64,000 bases of DNA. It comes from Balanoglossus misakiensis. Lineage: Eukaryota > Animalia > Hemichordata. The stretch lies in assembly GCA_040954595.2 (NCBI GenBank), contig CM082586.2, positions 1,617,124 to 1,681,123 on the forward strand. The letters are read 5' to 3'. Numbering within the stretch: the stretch's first letter is position 1; the number at the start of each line of letters is the position of its first letter. The notes under the pieces are model-generated. The model was not told the DNA's origin. It made no database searches and was given only the letters and a program-made list of their open reading frames with translations. Made by a program: the position numbers and the translations under genes. Positions 1 through 11,500 of this stretch are shown piece after piece.

Positions 1-1742
1 ATCTCAGTGGGGACAGATCTGTCTGAACAGGTTGCATGCTTTGCTTGGCAGCGGGTGTTCGCAGAGCACGTGGTGATCCTACTTTCAAGGACATGTCACG
101 AGTGATCAATCTTTCGTTTGGGGATCGCCCCTGTCATTCGGCGAGATTGTCTACTGAATAGATATACGCACTATAATTGTTTTCTGGTCGTGTAGATTTA
201 TATCCGACCGAGGATAGGCTTTTTCAAGTCTTCTGGCGACAGGCAGTCAATTGTACATGCAACCCCTTGTTAGAAAGCCCCTCTGATTAACGCACCGGCG
301 TGGTCGCCGGGTGGGAACCGTTTTGACCTGACGAGCCTCTCGTCGGCTCGTGTAACAGAACTCGATGACCAGAATGCAAATTTACATAGCGCTTCGCACT
401 CAGTGTTTTTATTGGCGTTTTGTGTCCTTATTTGTTTGCACAGATCACGGTGACCGTGCACAGATATGACAAAAGTGCGTATAAGTGGGTTAGTGTTGAC
501 AGGGTCGAGGGAGGTCACCCATTCAGAGCTTAAAATGTTCTCGCTAAAAATAAATGACCGAAACGGTGGTCTATTTTGGACTGTAAATGTGCGAAGTGAT
601 CCTTAAACACCAAATTGACGCCATGTTGAGTAGCTGAGAAGAACAATTTGAAGGGTGACGCACTTTGAGCTATTGATGCGCACGCACATCAGATCGCGAA
701 CATTCCCATGCCGTGATATTGGCAGTAACAGCGGCAGGTTTTATAGCAGACGATAATCGATTTACGCCACCCTTGGGAGATCTTGGGTTAAACACCCGTA
801 TGCTCAATCACAGGGCGATTTCTCTCGTTTAGTTGAAAAGAGTACAAAGATCGAGGGCCTTTTGGTAATCGTGTAGTTGGAGCGTTATACGACGCCAACG
901 ACGTCAGTTGTAGGGCACTTTACCTTGCCATGCGTCAACCAACTTTAAGAGAGATGTGATAAATTTAATATGACCCTGAAGCCTTCAAACTTTGACCAAT
1001 GATATCCTCAGTGCATGGGCCTAGGTGAAATTAACAGGGAGAGGCTAATATCAGGGACCAATAAAATATTTCCATGCATCTCATTTAAAAAAAAAACATT
1101 CCCAGCCGAAATTCGGCTGTCAGCACTAACAATGCCTGATGCACAATATACCGGCTGTTTGACCAACCCGACACAAACCGAAACTGTAGTTCACATACAT
1201 AACAACATTACTGAGAAATTATTAAAACACTCCACAGTACGAACTAAAATGTTGACACAGAAATGTGGCACATTTTCTCACTGCACGATCCATGACCGAG
1301 AAAGCAAATACAACACACGGGCATGACGCATGCTCGAAGCGTCCTAAATTCTAACCACTAACCACAAAATTCCAATTAAAAAGGGAAACATGTCATAAAT
1401 TCCTGAGTGACAGTTAATCTATTGTCTTGCTCAGGCATCGATACAGCCCTGTTTTCGTTGAATCTGAACCCTATGGCAGTTACATGTCATAAACGCTAAC
1501 TCTAATAAACAATATAGAGGCCAAGCACAATATGCGCCCGTTCGATATTGAAACTGACTAACATTTATTTGCGGTGTGGTTTATAACCGCCTGTGTTTTA
1601 TGTCGTGTTCGTCATTGTTAGTGTTCATTTGTTTTGTTTGTCTGCTATTAATGTATGCGTGTGGTCGCACTAACTGTTACTATTAAACCGCCATCGACAA
1701 AATTTACATTTTTGTCTTCTTTTGTATTTTTATTGCATGCAG

Positions 1743-1757
1743 CTTCATAGGAAAGAA
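1743..1757 (+). CDS. Candidate 15-nt microexon (LHRKE) of the SOGA/MTCL gene
   Basis: tgcatgcag|CTTCATAGGAAAGAA|gtaagt; CACTAAC at 1668-1674; no AG in 1622-1740; phase 0-0 fits exon 2558. Confidence 0.6.
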
Positions 1758-2557
1758 GTAAGTATGAGAGGAATTTCTGCCCTACTAACTGTAACACACA
1801 GCAAACTCACACAGCTTTGAGAGTGTCTTTGTTGTCACGGTAACAGTGAATCATTTAAATGACCTGCTAACACCTTAACTTCATGCGACCGGGCGCGCTC
1901 GCCCTGGAGAAAAGAAAGAATGTCCAGCGCCAGGAATGTAAATATTGAGTTTAGTGTGCGAAACGGCCATACACTCCGTTTGATTTCAAAAAACGGTCTG
2001 TCCTCCCTCGCCAAAAGCTGAATAAACATGAGCGCAGCGCAAAGAACATAATTGCATCAATTTAAACGTTTTGTCACACAGTCTCAGTATTTCAAGCCGT
2101 GCTTTCCAAAGCGCACTAATACACCCTGGGGTCACAGGTCACCAATTGCTGCCAAAGAGATCAGCGTCTTCTTTAAGAGCTTAAGGGGTTTGATGAAGCG
2201 TTCCCAAAACATTTCTCAATTTCCTGGTCAAAATCGATCTTAATGGAGTTCGTCACTATACAGCCCTGTTACAGAATAGTAATAGGATTTACAACGTGCG
2301 TGCGTGCGTTTGCGTATCAATGCAATTATGCTGTTGTTGTCAACTTCACAGTCACATGTCCGGGAACCACTATATTATGTTATGTCTTGTAAAGTTGTAA
2401 CGTTTCATTCCTACTCCTACAGGTGTTTCGCTACCTGCACTGAAGACTGTGTTTTTGTTATTCACCGTGTTTGTATTTTTATATTTTCAGCGTTTGTAAA
2501 ATATATTTTAGTTTTACAATATCAATGATGTGATGATAATAATTTCTGTTTTCAAAG

Positions 2558-5500
2558 GTCGAACTTTTGAAAAGAAAGCTGGGTCAAATACAGGATGATG
2601 CCCTCAACGAGGAACAGCGCCGGAAGGTATCCCTTCCCATCTTGCATTGCGCATGTTTGACGATACGTTTTAGTCGTTTGAAGTCACGTGGTGTCCATGC
2701 GCATTTATCGCTCGATTTGTGAAGTGTTTGTTTTTGGGTTGATGGGAAGCATCTGCTTGCGGTTTTTGTCGCTTTCGTTTTTACAAAGTGTGTTGCACGA
2801 ACCTTTTCAAATTTTACAAAATAAGCATGCTTTTTTTAAAGAAGTGTTTAGTGTTGTCTGCCCCCAAGGAAGTTGACATGCATGCCGGGTATAGGGTTGC
2901 ATCCGCCCTCACTACTCCACACGTTTGTCATGCCTGCTTGCAACAACACGTGATTTAATGATCTGCATGACTGTCGTTTCTCGTGACGTCACATCGATCA
3001 AATTGACGATTTTATCGGCGTAATATTTCTATCTTCAGATGCAAAAACTGCAGGAATCCGGCGACGGCAACGTCGAGTATGACGTATCGGCCCTGATGGC
3101 GGAACTGCACGAGAAAACGGAGCGCGAACGCGACCTACAACATCAGCTGCAGCTCGTCGAGGAAGAAGCCAACGTCATGAGACGAAAGCTCGGGGAAATA
3201 GAACAGGAAAGAGAGCGCCTGGAATTCGAACTTGAGAAATACAAAATGCATTTCGGGACTCTGGAGAGCCCTCGGAAGGAGTCTGAGAAGGGAAACATCA
3301 GCGAGAAAGAGGCCGAACTTCGCTTGCAGCTCATGATGACGGAACAGGAAGCGACCGTCATGCATCGGAAGATTTCTGAACTGGAGACTAAAAATGAAGA
3401 GCTCATGTCAGCCATCATAAAGCCGGATGCAAAAGATGGTAAGTTTGACAAATTGTGCATGGATATTTCTGAGCTGATTTTCTAGTCGGGAGGAAGCGAA
3501 TTCCTGTGACGAATTTGAATTGGACGTTGGTCTTTTGTGTTCAGCGAACTGGTGAAGTGACTAAAAACTGTGACGATTTTTATCAAATATTTTACAGGTC
3601 AACGTGGAGACGCCAAAGGAGGGGAATCTGATGAATTGCGTCATTACATGGAAGAAAATGAAAACCTGAAACAGCATTTGGACGATGCGGAAAATGAGAT
3701 TCACCATCTTGTTGCCAAGTTAGATAAGTACGAAGAGCTATCGACATTAGGAGTTATACACAAGAACGATAACGACGAGCAAATTGAAGTGAAAAAATTT
3801 ATACAATTGAAAGAAGAAGAAAACATTGCCATTCGAAAGAGACTTGTGGAGGCTGAGGTCATTAACCGCATTGTCGAGGACGAGGTTAGAACTTATAAAA
3901 AGCTGAACGAGGATGCGCTGGGACATAGCAGTTCAAAAGGCAAAGGCAAAGGAGCAGAGGCGAAGTTGAAATCTCAGATCAGTTTGTTGAAACAAGAGAA
4001 TGACCGCATGCGCAAGAGGATGGTCGACTGTGAGATACAAAATGAAACTTTACAAGAAGAGATACAACGGTACCGAAGCAAAGGAGATGGAAGTGTTAGT
4101 GCGCCCCCAAGCTCACAAGAGCAGGCCATGGAAAGTGATAAATTACCCGAATTGCAAGGAAAGGTCATCCATTTAGAGGAACAATTAGGTTCGTAATGTA
4201 AATGTAACCTTTGACTTCGACGTAGCCTTTGACCTGTAGTACTCCTTAGTTACTCCTTCCTCCTTACAATGGCTGCCTGTCCGACTTCCCTCTTACTACC
4301 TGTAGCTATGGGAATTCTTATCATGTACTTCCTGTCGGTCGGTGATGGTGTATGAATGCGCAATAGCATTGTAAAGCAGGTTACTTCAGTCTATATTAGA
4401 CACAATATGCTCTCAAGATTTGTCTGGTGATCAGTGCCTAGGAGTATTACTGTTGCTAGACTGTGGGTAAAGTGTTTAATTGATATAAAACGCGTTTACA
4501 ATCCAGCCCACTGTTTTGGCTTCCTAAGTCCCTTGTTGTCGATTGAGTTCAAGAGGTCACAAGGTCCATCAACATTTAGAATATACATTGACAAAGCAAC
4601 GTGGTGGGAATATCACACCAACCATCTTGAGGTTGTCACCTTTGACCTCTTGACCTCAACAACAGACATTGGGGCAAACAAAATGGCTGATATATGTTAA
4701 AATGCCCAAGAGCAACATGAGTTTGGGGAATGGGGAGGGATGTTTCTCAACACGGATTTACACGACTATTGCGCACATACCGACCGTACCTCTGCCATAT
4801 ATCCTTCCATCCCCAATGATAACGAATACATGCCGAAATACGATCGATATTTTGACCTGGTTCATACTCTTTGCCTTGTTAAATATAATTCAGTAGACAC
4901 TCAATCTGTCCTGTCTAAAGCCATGCAGCCTGCAGCTGCTACAATATTTTCTCGGTCCAAACCGGTTGTCTCTTCTGTGTTTAATTTAGTCAGCCAGCGG
5001 GCTGCCTGAAATTTCGCAACAAGCACAGTCTACCCGCATAATTATGTGCAATTAAGAGTCCCTATCATATCCCGGTACAGCCTGATTTGAGGTAACCGCA
5101 AGGCACAAAACCATTAGCATATAATGTTGGATCTAATCGTAGTATTTTCAACAACCTTTACCTTTGTACATACAGCCATTGGCGAGTGAAAACTTTAAAA
5201 CTGTTTTATCGGTGTGATTTGAAGCACTTTATCGCCCTTTCCTGAGTGCTGATAGCTGAAGTGGCGACTGACATGGTGACCTAAAACTTACTCAGAAAAC
5301 GTGTTTACGATTCACTGAAAAGCTTGGAGCAAACAAAAAATATAAAATTCACCACACGAGTTGAAATTTCTAGAATAGGCCTACAAGTTGATATAGTGAT
5401 TGATGAACTACCATAGATCAAAGGGTTCCTCCCAACCTAGAGTGATGTGAACACCCTTTAACAATTGTAGCGTTATACTTAAAAGCTACTTGCTACTAGG

Positions 5501-8500
5501 TTTGATCCAACGGTTGATAGAGATTCCAAGACTACAAAAATGTGAAACTGTGTGATATTTACACACTGAATGCCTTTCAGAAAGGGTGGCTATGAAGTGT
5601 GTTTGACGATGACGTTTTTTTTAGTAACCAAGACCCACCACTGAATGTATTAACATGGCTTTCTTGTTTGTTATACAGATGATAATCACAAACACAATAC
5701 AAATTTTACTGTTTTTTCCGCTGAATTATTCCACCATATCCTTCGACTTTTTTCAATTATTGCGACCAATTTGTGCAATACTGAAGAGAAAGAAAGGTGC
5801 TACATGGAATTAATTGTATCTATAGTTGATTTCAAGGCAAAAACTGATCACAATGCTACCAAGTTCACGACAGCTGACAAAAGAGATAGTCATAATAATC
5901 TCAGATGAAATTGGCCCATAAGAACTGTGCCTGCGCGCATGTCTAGGATATAGGGAACTAAACGTTGATTTTTTTAGTAAAAAAAATGTTTGAATTTTAA
6001 GTGTGATTTTTCAGATGCTTGTTGAAGCAGAGAAGTAGTATTAGCAAGAATGACCTAATATTACAATTTTACGGAATGTTTTTATTGTTTTACAAATAGA
6101 GTCATTTTTTGTATATTGGTGTGCCGTTTGCTGTTTATTTTCCTCGCTCTATTTTCCAAACTATAATTTTTCGTTGCACATTTTTTTTCTGGGACTGTCC
6201 AGTCTTTCTTTCTCTCTTGTATATTTTTTCACCATTGTCTTTCAGTATGCCGTGTCTGTGTACAACAGGGTGCTATTTGATCTTGATTTTTGGAAGTTAT
6301 TTAATATATTCGATTATGCAAAAGGATAATAAAATCGCTGTGAAAATGTATCTTTTTGTATCCTGTGTGACCGGAAGTATCGTGACCCCCTAACTCCGTA
6401 TTATCTATCCAGCTTGACCAGTAGTGAATGTCTTTTCATCAACTATATGTCAGACCATAGTTGTTTTACTAATAAACGATAGCAGATCATTACATTCTGC
6501 ATGGATATCAAAAGTATGTTATAAACAGTAAGCGCATTTTACAAACTTCTTACGAGAAGAAATACGGAGTTAGGGGGTCCACGCCTTCACAGTATTCCAC
6601 AAAAACTGCATGCTAAGTGTTCTCCTGTCCTTTGTCGTTTCCGGTTAATTTGCATGGTTGATGTCGCTGCACTAATTGCATGTTTATAGTTTGTGCATCT
6701 CTTTAATTTGGTCAGCTGTGAACTTTCTTTCTTGCTTATTCTCATTTTTTTTCAAATTTTCTTCAGTTACAGTTATTGTTTAAAGCTATTCTGCCAACTT
6801 AGCCAATCATACAGACAGCGTAATTAATAGCGAGTAACTTCTTTGTAATGACGTCATAACAACAATGTATGTGTTCTAACTGGCTAACAGAGACTATAAC
6901 CAACTTTAACCGCTAGTAAAGGGAAATATAAGTGCTGTCAAAGTTGTCCACTTTGATAGGATATCGTGTGAATATACAAACTGATTGTAGCAATGCAAGT
7001 TACGCACGCGCATGTGTACTAACCCTTCCTCTTTTCCCTCGCAGGGTTTCGACGATTTGTTGGGGAGGGGGGTCTTATGTCTCAGACGAAAAATGGCAGG
7101 TTGAATCATCCAATCACGTGTAACAAAATAACACGTGTCATGGGGTAGTGACTTTTCCCATTTAGCAACGTTTTTTTCTGCCAATATGCAAAAGAAACCC
7201 CTTCTGAGAGGTCTCTAGGTGTCGTTTGCTTTTTGCTTCGTGATGGTATGTCAGTAGTTTCTAATTATGACGCGTTTTCAATCGTGCCGGTTCCTTGCGC
7301 AATTGATTAGCTGTCTACTTATCTAACCCGTCACCTTTGGCATGACTTTTGCTGTTTCTTCGTGTCACACCGCTGATAAAATAACTTCTAATGCATACAC
7401 GTCATTCCTTATTGCCGACCACCGAGCCATGCATAACAGCCCCAGACTGTTGGCTACCTGACCTTTGACACAAAGACACCAAGCCCTATAGTTCAAGTGT
7501 AATGCGAGTACTGATACTGATACACGTTTTCTGTGAAAATCTAGTTTCTGAAACATTTCAATTGGACTTCTCGATTTCTAATTGGTGTGATATCACCATA
7601 TGTCTTTTTAGAAAGAGACCTATTCTCACAGCCACTTGCAGTTGGCTCATTAGAAAAGGATGAGTGACAGACAACTGGAGAGGCTCTTATTACAATTCTC
7701 AATTAAAAAAACACCCACTGAATTTTCCAGTGTGATATTTTAATACCGATCGCTGGCTATCGGATTTCTTGTCGGCTTACCCCTTTACTAGTCTGTGGTC
7801 GCGTTGGTGTCGTATTCGCGTTACACTGGGCCCAGTTTCCCCCTAGCGGTGAGAATAAACCGCAAAGCACGCTGGGAGTCCTGCTTCAAAACTCCGGTAA
7901 GGCCTCCCCCCCGTCCAGTACTCGTCAAAATTTCCCGGCATGCTTTGCCTTACGTCACAGGCGATGGGAGCGCAGGGGTGGCTGATCAAACAATGGACAT
8001 AACTCCGTCTTGTTGACCCGCTCCCTAGAGCCATAAATCGTCCCAAGTGTGGTTGACATACCTGTCTGGCAGACGACAGTGATAAAAATGCAAACCACAG
8101 ATCACCCCAGAAAATGTCTGCTTCTGACGCAACTTGCAAAAAAATCTACAAGTCAAATTCTTTAATGTATGACAGAAAAGTCTTGTAATTGAAAAAAATA
8201 TGTTTGGGCAGCTGCATCCATGATTTTGTGTCTGCGCTGCATTTATCCATCAAAGACAAAGGCCGATGACGTCAGCGCAAAAATGGGGTTCGCTCACATG
8301 CCTGTAATAATTCTGGACACATTCCTCGAGTTGTTGAACAGATATTTTAAGTTCTTCATTCTTAATCTATCACCATGCATCATGGGAGTGGCCGCATGAC
8401 CCCGTGAACTTGTCTAGTCTGCGTCACGTGACCTGGCATAATTACCACGCATAAAAATCAAACCAGGGGCTCACATATAAAACATAAATACATTTTATCG

Positions 8501-11500
8501 AATCTTTCTAAATCAGAGAGCATGGCCTTCATATGGTTCTCCTTTCACGATTTGTGAATTAACATAAGAAACCAGTCTGGCGGTACTGCTCACTGCTGAT
8601 CGACGCTATCGTCAATTGACGTCCTACATTACTGACTGATTAGTGCGAGGTATAAAAGAAATCACCATTTTCAGCCTCGTTTATGACCACGCAGGGAGAA
8701 TGCTTGAATGCTAATTTGCCTACTCAGGCGCGATATGCAAAACACTCCGTCTTGGCAGATTCCACTGCCTCGAGCGATACATTAAACGACAGCAACCTTA
8801 CTTCAAGTTTCTTGTTTCCTTCCTGACGCGTAAGAGAAAAGTTAGTTTTTTGATGGCGGTCCAAATATCTTCAGAATTTGTCAGCGGTTAATAGTTCTTG
8901 GTTCCCCCTTAAATGTATAAATGTATGAAATTGCCTGCAGCGCTGAGCAAAGCAAACCGTAGAAAAAATCCACTATTATCTAACAAAAAATATCGTTTGT
9001 CCAAGACACAACTACCAATCCTCAATGCTTTTTGTTACTTGGGAAAATACGCTGTAACGGGAACAATAACGGAACGCTTTCCTTCACGCTACATAAATTT
9101 TGAAAAGGAAGTGACGTAAATTCTCCCGGTCCCCACTTCCACTAAAAGCCAATCAATGCGCTAATCTTCACGCGGAGCTTTTTTGGTTCAATTCTCAGAC
9201 TTGTAAGGGGATTTGCGAGTGCTTTATAGAAACTGCCGAGTTAAAAATAAATCTATGACCGTTTTCCTGCATATTATGCCAACGTTTCTTTAAATTTCTT
9301 GGACGTGGATGAGTCGGTCCGACATGAGTGTTAAAGGTGTTAATTAGAGCTATGCAGTGTTTGCCAGCTGTGGAAATTGTCTAGCTTTGAAATCAAGATC
9401 TAATGTGACCAGCTGAATAACATAACAATAAGAGAGTGATCGAGTTTAACGGATATGGCGAAAACAGTATGATAGCAGCACAACTGATATAACACCAAGT
9501 ACTGAAATCTAAAATGTACACTATATCATCTTTCCTACTGACCCGGTGCTCTGCGTGCGACATGACCTTTGACACGGCGACGTGCGTCCCACTTTCACTT
9601 AATTGCTGCTATTTTCATTCTCTGCAATGCCTGAAACAAGCAATGTCCGATGCATTATATTGAGTGCCTACACACTCCCTTGATTTTATCTTGTACCCCA
9701 GATGCTGGAAGTTGACATTTGTTTCACTTCAATCGCTATGGAACGTGAAAGATTTATTTTTCTATTGGAAGAGACCTACTTCTTACGATGTGTAAATTAC
9801 GCGAAGCTTTTTGGTGTCTGGGACATCAAAAGCTCGAAGTGGCCAGCTATTGACGTTAGCATGGCTATTTTTATACTACATAAGAGCTATTCACTCCGTT
9901 GTATTTATTGAGCAACGCTACCATGTAGGTCTTAGGAGATTGCCACCTAATACCTCGTATGTTGGCATAACTATTAATATGTCTCCTAATTTCCACAACA
10001 GGCGATTTAATATCCATCGTCAAGGGCAAAGAACAAGTCCAAGAACAGCAAGAGGAAGAACTGAAGCACGCTCATCGGACGCTAGAGAGGGCGTCCACCG
10101 AGGCCAAGCGACAACAGGAGCGTCTGGAGAGAGATCTCGGTTTCGCCGTTGAGAAGCAGAAGCATTTGATGAAACAACTGGAAACTGTGGAGACGCATGC
10201 GCATATCCTCCAAAGCGAACTGGATCAGACATATACAGAAGACGACTCCAGAGCAGGACCTCGGAGACAGGTAATTAGCATAGCTTATGATTAATTTGTC
10301 AATTTATCTAATATTAATTTCTTATTGGTTTATTTATCTATTTTAAAATTTGATGACTGAATGAAATATCTTTGCTCGTTCCTGAAATCTAATTTGATCA
10401 TATATTTATATTCAGGGGCTTTCCGTGAAGGTCAGGGAGTTGGAATTGCACCTCGAGGAAGAGCAAAAGAAAAGCAAAACATTGGAAAAGAAATTGGAGC
10501 TTATCAACGAGACTGCTTCGGACAATTTGTCTGTCTGCTCTGACGACATGGGTCAGCGAGAGCGTGAAAAAGAACTGCTTCGCTTTGAGGTGAGTTTTTA
10601 ACACAAGTAGACTGTAATGAATATATTATTTTGTGCGAGATCTCGCGAGACTTGGTTACCGTGGCAACGGGCTTCCAACAAGTAACACAAACCAAGGTGC
10701 AGATCTCACTAGGTCAGCTATCTTGGAAATAAATCATTCGCAGTAAATTTTAATTTTACTGCCCAAGGAGTGTACACTGCTGACAGAAGAGGCGTCGAAT
10801 GTTTTACATCAGTTCACATTCCGTGTGAAATTCTGGTTGCTTTTATGTCGTTTATTCTAGCACTTCAAATTTACTATCTCCTGAACCCTAAACCTCGCAT
10901 AATACTGTCAACTGCAACAGTTACTGACACTTCTGACGTCACGGAGCAAAATTGATGGTCGGGTTGGCGGAATCTCACTTTCCTCCGCCATTTTCAGGTG
11001 ACATTGGGTTGACCTTTCATGCAGGCTTCGGCAACAAGGGAGCATTGCACGGAATTCTTTAGATAAGGACTCTATCTCTTTCTATTTAATTTTCACCCGC
11101 AGCTGAACGAGAGCCAGTCAATGATGGCGGAGGCGAACGAGCAGATCCGTAGCCTTCAAGAGGAACTGGCGAAGGAGCGCGAATCGCGCGAGAAGGAGAG
11201 ACGGGATCACGAGCGACGCATCGCTGAGGTGAGTGAATATTACAGAAAGGAGAGACTACGGTGGTATTCATGTAAGCTATTTCATGCAACGACGTGCTGT
11301 CGAATGCGTTCATGTATACCGAGTCAACCGCTTTGAGATGTCAATTAGTATGCAGTCGAAACTGACGCATGATTCTAACCGGACAAATGCTATGTATAAA
11401 CCTATGTAGCCCTTAAAACCGTTAATGTCACGTGAACATAAAATGTGCGCTATGCCTGGGCAATATGGCGAATTCTCTCTCGTCTAATCAACTAAACATC

